The notes below the pieces were generated by a model. The model saw nothing but the letters and a program-made list of their open reading frames with translations, was not told where the DNA came from and searched no databases. From Isoptericola halotolerans (GTDB lineage Bacteria; Actinomycetota; Actinomycetes; Actinomycetales; Cellulomonadaceae): DNA of 64,000 nucleotides. Positions within the stretch are counted from its first letter, which is position 1. Each line of letters starts with the position of its first letter. The stretch covers positions 62,001 through 126,000 of the forward strand of contig NZ_JABEZU010000005.1 of NCBI RefSeq assembly GCF_013149785.1, written 5' to 3'. The position numbers were made by a program, and so were the translations under genes. Below, piece after piece: positions 19,888 through 29,281 of this stretch.

Positions 19888-20902
19888 CGAGCGTGCTCCC
19901 GCGTTCGATCAGGGCGACGGTGCCGACGACGTGCTCCGGCGGGGTGGCGGCCTCCTCCATCTGCTGACGCAGGAGGCGCAGGGCCTCGGCGACCATCGCG
20001 TCGTGGCCGGGATCGATGGTCGTCAGGCCCGGCGCGACGTGCTCGGAGATCCGCAGGTTGTCGAACCCGACAACCTGCACGTCGTCGGGCACGCTGCGGC
20101 CCACGTCGCGCAGCCCTGCCATGGCTCCGATCGCGATCTCGTCCGTGAGGCCGAGGACGCCGTCGATGTCGAGCCCGTCGGACACCCGTGCGGCGATCGC
20201 CGCCCGGGCCTCGGGCAGCGAGAAGGTCTCCACCGGGATGACCAGCGCCGGGTCCGGCTCCTGGTCTGCGGCCCGCAGCGCCGCCGCCCAGCCCTCGGTG
20301 CGTTGGGTGGCCACGTCCGGACGGTCCGACTCGAGCCGGCCGCCGAGCACGGCGATGCGCCGCGCTCCGCACGCGAGGAGATGATCGGTCGCCAGCCGTG
20401 CACCGGCGGTGTTGTTCATCTGGATGCGGTGGTACCGGTCGGGCACGTCCTGCTCGCCGAGGAGCACGATCGGCACGTCGGGATGCATGCGCTCGAGGTC
20501 GTCGTATCCGAGGCCGACGGCGCTGAGCAGCACGCCGTCGTACTGCTGGAGACGGGCCAGCGAGAGGGCGGAGAGCTCACGTTCGCGAACGGCGCCGGAC
20601 TGCTCCACGACGAGGTGCAGACCCTCCGGCGCCAGGGCGTCCGAGACCCTGGACGCCAGCTCGCTGTAGTACTGGTGGTCGAAGCGCGGCACGATGAGGC
20701 TCACGGCGCCCGTCCGCCCGGTGCGGAGCCGGCGCGCGGTCAGGTTGATCTCGTACCCGAGCTCGTCGACGACCTCGAGGACCCGCAGGCGTGTGTCGGC
20801 ACCGACGTTGGGCCGTCCGTTGAGCACGTTCGACACGGTCATCAGCGACACCCCGGCGGCCCGGGCCACGTCGCTCATCTGGGTCGTGCGTCTCTTCGCC
20901 AC
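19856..20902 (-). CDS. LacI-family transcriptional regulator
   Basis: M.DVARAAGVS..TVS.VLN, VPDDV.VVGFD, P.LTTI, LIERGST. Confidence 0.93.
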   Translation of the reverse strand: MAKRRTTQMSDVARAAGVSLMTVSNVLNGRPNVGADTRLRVLEVVDELGYEINLTARRLRTGRTGAVSLIVPRFDHQYYSELASRVSDALAPEGLHLVVEQSGAVRERELSALSLARLQQYDGVLLSAVGLGYDDLERMHPDVPIVLLGEQDVPDRYHRIQMNNTAGARLATDHLLACGARRIAVLGGRLESDRPDVATQRTEGWAAALRAADQEPDPALVIPVETFSLPEARAAIAARVSDGLDIDGVLGLTDEIAIGAMAGLRDVGRSVPDDVQVVGFDNLRISEHVAPGLTTIDPGHDAMVAEALRLLRQQMEEAATPPEHVVGTVALIERGSTLVRTARSSRSR

Positions 20903-20946
20903 GACGAGACACTCTGCCAGGCCGGCGCCCGCCCGCGCACCTCTCG

Positions 20947-22182
20947 CTACGGAGCACCGACCGCGCTGACGCCCTCACCGGCCAGGGCGTGCGGGTAGGC
21001 CGGCTCGCGTCCCTGGAAGCTGAGGATGCTCGGGTTCTGGATCACCCCGTCGCGGATCTCGATCGCGCGGGTGATGGTGAGGCTCCGCGCCCACGCGTCC
21101 GGCCCGTCCAGCACCGTGCGCAGGAACGGCAGGAGCGCCTCGCTGATCTCCCAGGTGGCCGAGTTCCACAGGTAGGACGGCGTGTGGTCGACGGCGTAGT
21201 AGTGCACACCGTGACCGACGGTGAACATGGGGTCGTCGAACGTGGTGGGCACGGCCCACTCGAAGCCCATGCCCTCGTCGCACGAGACGTCGATGATCAG
21301 GCTGCCCGTGGCGAACTCGGCGAGGTCCTCGGTGCGCAGGTAGGTCAGCGGGGCGGCGACGTCCTGGAGCGTGCAGTTGACGACGATGTCGTGCGACGCC
21401 AGGAACGCTGGGAGCGAGACGTCACCGTCGTCGGTGCGGATCGTGGACAGGTAGGCGGCACCCTCGCTGGTGTGGAGCTGGGTGATGTGCGCGCTGTGGA
21501 TCGGCGAGCCGACCGCCGCGGTACCCCGCTGCGTGAGCACCTGGATGTCATGGATGCCTTGCGCCTTGAGCGCGGTGACCGCGCCCCGGGCCGTCGCGCC
21601 GAAGCCGATGACGACGGCGCTGAGCCGCGGGCCGTAGTCCCCGGTCGAGCCGGTGAGGCTCAGGGCGTGCAGGACGGAGCTGTACCCGGCGAGCTCGTTG
21701 TTCTTGTGGAACACGTGCAGGCTGAAGTCACCCTGGCGGGTCCAGTGGTTCATCGCCTCGAAGGCGATCAGCGTGAGCCGGCGGTCGATCGCCAGCTGCG
21801 TCAGGCCGGCGTCCTGCACGCAGTGCGGCCATCCCCACAGCACGCGGCCGGCGGGGACGGCGCCCACGTCCGCCGCCTGCGGCTTGGGCAGGAGCAGCAC
21901 GTCCGCGGCCTCGATCACCTCGGAGCGTTCCGCGACCCTGCCCACCCGCGACTCGACGTAGCCCGGAGCCAGGTGGAAGTCGGCCGCGTAGCCACGCTCG
22001 ACGATCATCCGCGCCCGCAGGTCGGGGTCGATCCGGTCCAGGTGGTGGGGGTGGATCGGCAGCCGCCGCTCGTTCTCCATCGAGGAGCCGGCGAGCAGCC
22101 CCAGGGAGAGCAGGTCGTTGCTCGGTGCGGCGTCGTCCGACGCGGTGGAGCCAACAGCGGAAAGGTGAGTGGCGCCGGACAT
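20947..22182 (-). CDS. N5-(carboxyethyl)ornithine synthase-like (AlaDH/PNT family) oxidoreductase
   Basis: ENE.R.PIHP, LLLPKP, WGWPHCVQ, FHKNNELAGY, IIDVSCDEGMGF, YY.VDHTPS. Confidence 0.82.
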   Translation of the reverse strand: MSGATHLSAVGSTASDDAAPSNDLLSLGLLAGSSMENERRLPIHPHHLDRIDPDLRARMIVERGYAADFHLAPGYVESRVGRVAERSEVIEAADVLLLPKPQAADVGAVPAGRVLWGWPHCVQDAGLTQLAIDRRLTLIAFEAMNHWTRQGDFSLHVFHKNNELAGYSSVLHALSLTGSTGDYGPRLSAVVIGFGATARGAVTALKAQGIHDIQVLTQRGTAAVGSPIHSAHITQLHTSEGAAYLSTIRTDDGDVSLPAFLASHDIVVNCTLQDVAAPLTYLRTEDLAEFATGSLIIDVSCDEGMGFEWAVPTTFDDPMFTVGHGVHYYAVDHTPSYLWNSATWEISEALLPFLRTVLDGPDAWARSLTITRAIEIRDGVIQNPSILSFQGREPAYPHALAGEGVSAVGAP

Positions 22183-22289
22183 CCGGACTCCCATGATCGG
22201 GGAACCAGGGTCAGCTCCTGTCCGGAGTGTACGCCGGGCCGCGCGGCACATCGTCGCCCGTCACGGTACCGATCGACCCGCCGAGCGGC

Positions 22290-23180
22290 TCACCGGCCGG
22301 CGCGCGCGTCGAGCCAGGCGACGAGCTCGGGCCACAGCGTCTCGCGCAGGCCACGGCGGAAGAACCCCGTGTGCCCGATCGTCTCCACGCCGCCGTCTGC
22401 GGGGCTCCAGGTCCGTCGCTCGACCCGGGCGCGCGTCAGACGGTCGGTGATCGCGTCGATCTGCTCGGGTGTCGCCCACGGGTCGTCGGTGAAGCCGACG
22501 GCGAGCACGTCACCCTTGACGCGCGCGGCGTCCGCGGCGGCGCTCAGGGTGGGGTCGTCGAAGAAGTAGCCCGGCAGCCGCGACCAGCGGCTCCACTCGA
22601 GCATCGCCGCGGCGGGCATGTCCTCGCCGAGGCCCAGGCGACGGCCGGGCACGTAGCCCAGGACCTTCGCCGTCGCGGGCCCGAGGACCCGCAGGACCAG
22701 GCCGGCACGCGTCCGCTCGGCGCGGCCGGGGATCGTCGCCGTCACCCCGGCGTGCGACGCGACGGTGACGAACCCGGCCAGGCCTCGTGACCCGTGCCCG
22801 AGCGCCAGCGCGTGCCCGCCGATGCTGTGCCCCACCGCGAGCTGCGGCACGTCGCCGAACCGGGGTCGGACCCAGGCGGCGACCGCGGGGACGTCGTCGG
22901 CCATCCAGTCCCTCATGCGCAGGTTGCGGTGGTCGCGCGGGCTGCCGGACCGGCCGGTGCCGCGATAGTCGTAGGTCACGACGGCGTACCCGTGCATCGC
23001 GAGATGCTCGGCGAACGCCGCGTACAGACGTTCGGGCACCGCCGTCGCGGGGTGCAGGACGACGACGCCGCGAGGCGCCTCGTCGGCGGGGGTCCGGACG
23101 GTGCCGACGACCCAGCCGCCGGCCGGGATCTGGATCCGCAGCTCGTCGGTGGCGACCGCCGTGGCACCCTCGTTGCGCAT
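22290..23180 (-). CDS. Alpha/beta hydrolase (COG4757-like)
   Basis: YDYRG.G.S, GHSIGG nucleophile elbow, DDPW, GH.GFF. Confidence 0.88.
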   Translation of the reverse strand: MRNEGATAVATDELRIQIPAGGWVVGTVRTPADEAPRGVVVLHPATAVPERLYAAFAEHLAMHGYAVVTYDYRGTGRSGSPRDHRNLRMRDWMADDVPAVAAWVRPRFGDVPQLAVGHSIGGHALALGHGSRGLAGFVTVASHAGVTATIPGRAERTRAGLVLRVLGPATAKVLGYVPGRRLGLGEDMPAAAMLEWSRWSRLPGYFFDDPTLSAAADAARVKGDVLAVGFTDDPWATPEQIDAITDRLTRARVERRTWSPADGGVETIGHTGFFRRGLRETLWPELVAWLDARAGR

Positions 23181-23312
23181 GCCCAGGATCCTACGGCGCC
23201 GCCGTCCTCGTGCGGGCAGCGGGGGAGCGCCGTCGGCCGCACTCATCGAACACCCAGGCAGACCCCGTATCCTCAGCGGTCCTCACCGTCCAGCCCGCCG
23301 CGGAGGCCGCCC

Positions 23313-24485
23313 GTGACCCTGCTCGACCTCGTGCTCGTCGTCGTCCTCCTCCTCGCCCTGGGGGCGGGGGTCCGGCGTGGGTTCTTCGCCACGCTCGGTG
23401 GTCTCGTCGGTCTGGTCGTCGGGGGAGTGGCCGCGTTCCTCGTCGTCCCGCTGGTCGTCGACGCGCTGCCCACCGCGCAGTGGCGCGGGCCGACGACGGT
23501 GATCCTCGCGATCGTGATGCCGCTGCTCGGGGCGTCGATCGGTTCGAGCGTGGGCCACGGCCTGCGCCGCCAGGTCGACCGGACGCCGTTGCGGCCGATC
23601 GACCGTCTCCTCGGCGGGGTCGCGAGCCTGGTGGTCGCGGCCGTCGCGCTGTCGTTCGTCGGCACCGCCGTCAAGGCGACCGGCGCCCCGGTCGTCGCCT
23701 CCGCCGTCGCGTCGTCCTCGGTGCTGCGCACCATCGAGGACCTCACCCCGGCACCGCTGACCCGCACGCTCGCGCAGGCGCGCGGTGTGGTGCTCGACGA
23801 CGGTCTGCCGCGCCTGGACGGCCTGCTCGCCCCGGGCCGCACCGCGGTCGCCCCCAGCGTCGACCTCGACGACCCCGCGCTGGAGGCGTCGGCCCAGTCC
23901 GTCGCGCGGGTCTGGGGCACCGCGTACGCGTGCGGTACCGGCATGACCGGTTCCGGGTTCGTCGCCGCAGCCGACCGGGTCGTCACCAACGCGCACGTCG
24001 TCGCCGGTGTCGAGCAGCCGCTCGTGGAGCTGCCCGGCCGGCCGGCGCGGGAGGGGCGCGTCGTCTACTTCGACCCGGAGGCGGACCTCGCGGTCGTCGC
24101 CGTCGACGGGCTCGATGCCGAACCGCTGACGATCGCCCCGTCGCTCGAGGTCGGGGACGCCGCCGTCGTCCAGGGCTACCCGTACGGCGGCCCGTTCACC
24201 TCGACGGGCGGTGAGGTGCTCGACGTCGGCGCCGTCCGCATCCCCGCGTCCGACGGCAGCGGGACGGCCGTGCGCGACATCTACGCGCTCGCCGCGGCCG
24301 TCCACGCCGGGAACTCCGGCGGTCCGGTCCTCTCGACCGACGGTGACGTCGTCGGGGTGGTCTTCGGGCGCTCGGAGTCCGACGACGACCTCGCCTACGG
24401 CGTCACCACCGCAGAGCTGATGCCGGTGGCGGCGCAGGCCCCCGAGCTGGACAGCGCGGTCACGCCGGGCCGCTGCGCCGCCTGA
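23313..24485 (+). CDS. MarP-family membrane serine protease (CvpA-like TM + trypsin-like domain)
   Basis: Four TM helices; GSGFV, TNAHVVAG, DLAV and GNSGGP triad motifs. Confidence 0.9.
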   Translation: MTLLDLVLVVVLLLALGAGVRRGFFATLGGLVGLVVGGVAAFLVVPLVVDALPTAQWRGPTTVILAIVMPLLGASIGSSVGHGLRRQVDRTPLRPIDRLLGGVASLVVAAVALSFVGTAVKATGAPVVASAVASSSVLRTIEDLTPAPLTRTLAQARGVVLDDGLPRLDGLLAPGRTAVAPSVDLDDPALEASAQSVARVWGTAYACGTGMTGSGFVAAADRVVTNAHVVAGVEQPLVELPGRPAREGRVVYFDPEADLAVVAVDGLDAEPLTIAPSLEVGDAAVVQGYPYGGPFTSTGGEVLDVGAVRIPASDGSGTAVRDIYALAAAVHAGNSGGPVLSTDGDVVGVVFGRSESDDDLAYGVTTAELMPVAAQAPELDSAVTPGRCAA

Positions 24486-24654
24486 GCCGGGGTATATCGC
24501 CGTCGGGCACCTGATGGCTACACGGCACTTCGGCCCGTATCGGCGCGGCAAACTTGTCGAATCTCACAGTCTTGGCGACCGCTTTGCGCGGTCGGCCCTG
24601 GTCCGGTCGATATGCCCGCCCTGTGCTGACCGGCGGACCGCTACGGTCGCGCGC

Positions 24655-25155
24655 ATGGGCAGACATTGCGAGTACGCGCGGCTGGCCGCCGCGGACCTGG
24701 ACAGGGCGCGCGCGGACGCGGCGTGGGCCGCGGAGCTCCTCGACTCCCTCGCCGAGGAGTGGGTCGAGCTCGACCTCGAGCCCGAGGACGCACGCTACTT
24801 CAGCGTCGGCCGGGCGTGGGGCCCGCTGCACGCGCTGCTCGGCGAGCTGGCACCCGGGGTCGACGTGGTTCACGGCGGCACGCCCCTGGGGCTCGACGGC
24901 GGGCTCGGGCCGGTGCGCGCTCTCACGCCGAGCCAGGTGCGCCGCGCCGCCGAGGTGCTCGCGTCGGCATCCTTCGCGACCCTGGCCGGCCGCGACGACG
25001 CGACCCGGTTCTGCGACGGGGAGGACTGGCCCGATCACGCCGAGCACCCTGACGAGGAGCGTCTGCAGGTCCTCGGCGAGAGGTACGAGGAGCTCCGGCG
25101 CTTCTGCACGGCGGCGGCCGCCGCCGGTGACGGCGTCGTGCTCATGCTCAACTGA
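24655..25155 (+). CDS. DUF1877 (YfbM-like) protein
   Basis: MG....Y.R, AW..LH.LL, GG.P, R.LTP.QV..AA..L, L..F...AA..GD.V. Confidence 0.75.
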   Translation: MGRHCEYARLAAADLDRARADAAWAAELLDSLAEEWVELDLEPEDARYFSVGRAWGPLHALLGELAPGVDVVHGGTPLGLDGGLGPVRALTPSQVRRAAEVLASASFATLAGRDDATRFCDGEDWPDHAEHPDEERLQVLGERYEELRRFCTAAAAAGDGVVLMLN

Positions 25156-25176
25156 GCACGGCCCCGCCGACGTCCC

Positions 25177-25332
25177 TCATCCGTGCAGCGAGGAGAGCGC
25201 CTCGTCGTCGTGGGTGTTCTCCATCATGCCGAGCGCGTTGCCGAACGGGTCGACGACGGCAGCCGTGACACAGCCCGGACCGCCCTCGGTGGGCTCGTCG
25301 TGACCGACGGCTCCCAGCGCGACCAGGCGTGC
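25177..25332 (-). pseudogene. 3' fragment of a VOC/glyoxalase-family gene
   Basis: RLVALGA..HDEPTEGGPGCVTAAVVDPFGNALGMMEN resembles a VOC C-terminus; no 5' part. Confidence 0.7.
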
Positions 25333-25334
25333 GG

Positions 25335-25544
25335 ACGACGCCTCTCGACATCGCCCGCCATCTCGCAGGCTGGGGCGAGGGAGCCGTGGTGGAGGGCCCG
25401 CCGGAGGTCCCTGCGGAGCTCGCCCGGATCGGCGCGGAGCTCGTGGCCCGGTACCCGGGAGACCGGGGCACCGCCGCCCGGGCAGGACGTCGCGATCCGG
25501 TGAAGACCCGCGCGTCCCCGCGCGAGTACGCGCTCGCGGCGTGA
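25335..25544 (+). pseudogene. 3' fragment of an HTH-WYL (YafY-like) regulator gene
   Basis: TPLDIARHLAGWG....VEGPPEV.AELARIGAELVARY resembles the WCX tail of WYL regulators; HTH and WYL domains are missing. Confidence 0.65.
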
Positions 25545-25714
25545 AGGTGTGGTGAACGTGAATACTGGGGGCGTGCCGGATGTTGGCACCGTCGGGCCGG
25601 CGGGGGCAGGATCGGTTCGCGCTGCGCACCACGCGCCACGCGAGCCGGGCGGGCCCGCACCGAGAGCAGCACCACCGTGCTGCAGATTCCGCGAGGACAG
25701 GACGACGACGAGCT

Positions 25715-27031
25715 ATGACTGATCTGCTGTACGTGAACGGCGGGACGCCCCTGCAAGGCACCATCTCGGTGCGTGGCGCGAAGAACTTCGTCTCCAAGGC
25801 GATGGTGGCGTCGTTGCTGGGCGAGTCGGCGAGCGTGCTGCGCAACGTGCCGCAGATCCGGGACGTGGGTGTGGTCTCGGGGTTGCTGGACCTGCACGGG
25901 GTGAACGTCAAGTACGACCCCGACGCGGGGATCCTCGACCTGGACCCGTCGAACGTGGAGTCGGCGCACGTGGCGGACATCGACGCGCACGCGGGGTCCT
26001 CGCGGATCCCGATCCTGTTCTGCGGGCCGTTGCTGCACCGCTTGGGCGAGGCGTTCATCCCGGACCTGGGTGGCTGCCGGATCGGGGACCGGCCGATCGA
26101 CTACCACCTGGACATCCTGCGCCAGTTCGGCGCCGTGGTGGACAAGCGCCCCAACGGGATCCACCTGCGGGCACCGCGACGGCTGCAGGGTACGAAGATC
26201 TCGTTGCCGTACCCGTCGGTGGGTGCCACGGAGCAGCTGCTGCTGACGGCGGTGCGGGCCGAGGGGATCACCGAGCTCTCGGGGGCGGCGACCGAGCCGG
26301 AGATCATGGACCTCATCGCGGTGCTGCAGAAGATGGGCGCCATCATCTCGGTGGACACCGACCGGGTGATCCGGATCGAGGGCGTGGACCGTCTCGAGGG
26401 GTACAACCACACGGCCCTGGGTGACCGGATCGAGGCGGCGTCGTGGGCGTCGGCGGCATTGGCGACCGGGGGCGACGTCACGATCAAGGGTGCCTCGCAG
26501 CCCGAGATGATGACGTTCCTGAACACGTTCCGCAAGGTCGGCGGGCAGTTCGACGTGCAGGACGACGGGATCCGGTTCTGGCACCCGGGCGGAGACCTGC
26601 GCCCGATCGTGCTGGAGACGGACGTGCACCCGGGGTTCATGACGGACTGGCAGCAGCCGCTGGTCGTGGCGCTGACGCAGGCCACCGGGCTGTCGATCGT
26701 CCACGAGACCGTGTACGAGAACCGATTCGGGTTCACCGAGGCGTTGCGGCAGATGGGCGCGACGATCCAGGTGTATAAGGAGTGCCTGGGCGGGGGCGAC
26801 TGCCGTTTCGGGCAGCGCAACTTCCATCACTCCGCGGTGGTCTCGGGTCCGACGCCGCTGGCGGCGGCGGACATCGAGGTCCCGGACCTGCGCGGTGGGT
26901 TCTCCCACCTGATCGCGGCGCTGGCCGCCAAGGGCACCTCCACGGTGCGGGGCATCTCGCTGATCGACCGCGGCTACGAGTCGTTCCAGGACAAGCTCGT
27001 GGCGCTGGGCGCCGACGTCTCGCGCGACTGA
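25715..27031 (+). CDS. murA: UDP-N-acetylglucosamine 1-carboxyvinyltransferase
   Basis: GAKN, GGCRIGDRPIDYH (active-site Cys type), PSVGATE, PGF.TD.Q, DLRGG, IDRGYE. Confidence 0.97.
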   Translation: MTDLLYVNGGTPLQGTISVRGAKNFVSKAMVASLLGESASVLRNVPQIRDVGVVSGLLDLHGVNVKYDPDAGILDLDPSNVESAHVADIDAHAGSSRIPILFCGPLLHRLGEAFIPDLGGCRIGDRPIDYHLDILRQFGAVVDKRPNGIHLRAPRRLQGTKISLPYPSVGATEQLLLTAVRAEGITELSGAATEPEIMDLIAVLQKMGAIISVDTDRVIRIEGVDRLEGYNHTALGDRIEAASWASAALATGGDVTIKGASQPEMMTFLNTFRKVGGQFDVQDDGIRFWHPGGDLRPIVLETDVHPGFMTDWQQPLVVALTQATGLSIVHETVYENRFGFTEALRQMGATIQVYKECLGGGDCRFGQRNFHHSAVVSGPTPLAAADIEVPDLRGGFSHLIAALAAKGTSTVRGISLIDRGYESFQDKLVALGADVSRD

Positions 27032-27079
27032 GCCGAGGCCCCGACGGCGGTCCGTGCCGCCGTCGGGCAGGTAGGCTCT

Positions 27080-27841
27080 GTGGCCGTGCCCATCGCCAGA
27101 CCTGAGTCGCGCCTCTATCGCCTCATCGCGAGGATCGTGCGACCGACCATGTTCTCGATGTGCCGCTACGAGTGGAGCGGCAGCGAGAACCTGCCCACCG
27201 AGGGCGGCTTCATCGCGGCGGCCAACCACGTCACCGAGCTGGACGCCCTGACGTTCGTGCACTACCTGTTCGACCAGGGCTTCGAGCCCCGCGTCCTGGC
27301 CAAGCGCAGCCTGTTCAGCGCCCCCGTGGTCGGAACCGCGCTGCGTGGCACGAACATGATCCCGGTGGACCGGGGCAGCGCGGCCGCCGCGCGCTCGCTG
27401 CAGCGCGCCGGCGAGGAGCTCGGCGACGGCGCCTGCGTCGCGATCTTCCCCGAGGGCACGCTGACGCGGGACCCGGACTGCTGGCCCATGGAGCCGAAGA
27501 CCGGCCTCGCGCGGATCGCGCTGACGACCCGCCTCCCGGTGGTGCCGATCGCGCAGTGGGGGGCGGCCGACATCCTGCCGCGCTACGGCAAGCTGCCCCG
27601 CCCCTTCCCACGCAAGCGGGTGCAGGTCGTCGCCGGGCCCGCCGTCGACCTCTCCGACCTGTACGACCGGCCGCAGGACGCCGCCACGCTGCGCGAGGTG
27701 ATGAACCGCGTCATGGACGCCATCACGGCGTTGCTCGCCGAGCTGCGGGACGAGCAGCCCCCTGCCCACCGATTCGACCTGCGCAAGCACCCTGACTACG
27801 AGGTGAAGAAGATGCACTACCCGCCGGTGGAGCGCCCGTGA
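27080..27841 (+). CDS. plsC: 1-acyl-sn-glycerol-3-phosphate (lysophospholipid) acyltransferase
   Basis: NH....D, PVDR, FPEGT, PVVP motifs; upstream of gpsA. Confidence 0.88.
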   Translation: MAVPIARPESRLYRLIARIVRPTMFSMCRYEWSGSENLPTEGGFIAAANHVTELDALTFVHYLFDQGFEPRVLAKRSLFSAPVVGTALRGTNMIPVDRGSAAAARSLQRAGEELGDGACVAIFPEGTLTRDPDCWPMEPKTGLARIALTTRLPVVPIAQWGAADILPRYGKLPRPFPRKRVQVVAGPAVDLSDLYDRPQDAATLREVMNRVMDAITALLAELRDEQPPAHRFDLRKHPDYEVKKMHYPPVERP

Positions 27842-28848
27842 GCGCCGTGCAGACCGCCGTCCTCGGCTCTGGCTCCTGGGGCACGACCTTCGCGATGGTC
27901 ATGGCCGACGCCGGGTGCGACGTCACGCTCTGGGGCCGCGACGAGGCCGTCGTCGGCCAGGTCGCCGACGAGCGCCGCAACACCAAGTACCTCCCGGACG
28001 TCGAGCTGCCGGCGATGCGGGCGACGACGGACGCGGCGGCGGCGCTCGCCGGTGCGAGCGTCGTCGTGGTCGCGATCCCGTCCCAGGTGGCGCGCACGAC
28101 CCTCGAAGGTCTGCGTGAGCACCTGGAGCCGGACGCCGTCGTCGTGTCGCTCATGAAGGGCATCGAGCTCAGCACCGACAAGCGCATGAGCCAGGTGATC
28201 GCCGAGGCGCTGGACATCTCGCTCGACCGCGTCGTCGTGGTCTCCGGACCGAACCTGGCCAAGGAGATCGCCGCGCGCCAGCCGACGGCGACCGTCGTCG
28301 CCTGCCCGGACGAGGGCAACGCCCGCCGGGTGGCGGAGGCGTGCTCGAACGCGTACTTCCGGCCGTACACGAACTCCGACGTCGTCGGGGTCGAGCTGTG
28401 CGGCGCGGTGAAGAACGTCATCGCGCTGGCGATCGGCATGGCACAGGGCCGCGGTTTCGGCTGGAACACCACGGCGACCGTCATCACCCGTGGCCTGGTC
28501 GAGATCACCCGACTCGGCCGGGCGCTGGGTGCCCAGGCGGAGACCTTCGCGGGCCTCGCCGGGATGGGCGACCTCGTGGCGACCTGCGCCTCGCCGCTGT
28601 CGCGCAACCACACCCTCGGCAAGCACGTCGGGCAGGGGATGTCCCTCGAGGACGCCCTGGTGGCCACCGGCACCACCGCCGAGGGCGTCAAGTCCTCACG
28701 ATCGGTGCTGGAGCTGGCGCAGAAGCACGGCGTGGACATGCCGATCACCGCCGGGGTGGTCGCCGTGCTGCACGAGGGGCTCTCCGTCGACGAGATGGCC
28801 CGCGTGCTGCTGTCGCGGCCGCAGAAGTCCGAGAGCCTCGCCGAGTAG
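27838..28848 (+). CDS. gpsA: NAD(P)H-dependent glycerol-3-phosphate dehydrogenase
   Basis: GSGSWGT, KGIE, SGPNLA.E, KNVIA, GLAG.GDLV.TC.S..SRN. Confidence 0.97.
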   Translation: MSAVQTAVLGSGSWGTTFAMVMADAGCDVTLWGRDEAVVGQVADERRNTKYLPDVELPAMRATTDAAAALAGASVVVVAIPSQVARTTLEGLREHLEPDAVVVSLMKGIELSTDKRMSQVIAEALDISLDRVVVVSGPNLAKEIAARQPTATVVACPDEGNARRVAEACSNAYFRPYTNSDVVGVELCGAVKNVIALAIGMAQGRGFGWNTTATVITRGLVEITRLGRALGAQAETFAGLAGMGDLVATCASPLSRNHTLGKHVGQGMSLEDALVATGTTAEGVKSSRSVLELAQKHGVDMPITAGVVAVLHEGLSVDEMARVLLSRPQKSESLAE

Positions 28849-28860
28849 GGCTGTCCGGCG

Positions 28861-29229
28861 GTGAGCAAGGACCTGGCGGTGCGGATCCTGCTGTTCGTCG
28901 TCATGTCTGGATCGGGGGCGCTGCTCCTCTGGACGGCCCGTGCCGCTGCGTCCGGACGGCTGAGGCGTAACCAGTACGCCGGCATCCGTGTCCCGAGCAC
29001 GATGGCGAGCGAGGAGGCCTGGCTGGCGGCTCATGTCCGTGCCAGGCGACCGACGATGTGCGCCGGGTACTCGTCCCTGGGCAGCGCGATGCTCGCCGTC
29101 CTGCCGGTCTCCGTTCCCGTCCTGGTCGTCGGCGTGCTCCTCGGGTGCTTCGCGATGCTCGGGTTCGTGCTCTACGGTGCCCGCGTCGGCAGCCGAGCCG
29201 CCGCAGAGGTGTCGAAGAGGCCCGGCTGA
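28861..29229 (+). CDS. SdpI/YhfL-family membrane (immunity-like) protein
   Basis: N...GIR...TM.S.EAW..AH motif with three TM segments. Confidence 0.82.
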   Translation: MSKDLAVRILLFVVMSGSGALLLWTARAAASGRLRRNQYAGIRVPSTMASEEAWLAAHVRARRPTMCAGYSSLGSAMLAVLPVSVPVLVVGVLLGCFAMLGFVLYGARVGSRAAAEVSKRPG

Positions 29230-29281
29230 GCTTGAGGCCCGCCGCGGCCTGTCGTCGTGCACCCACATCGGTGGGGTGGGG

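Noticed and set aside
24544..24600. GGCAAACTTGTCGAA resembling the start of a c-di-GMP-I riboswitch
   Set aside because: The complementary P2 strand and the downstream GCAAAG/P3 elements are absent.
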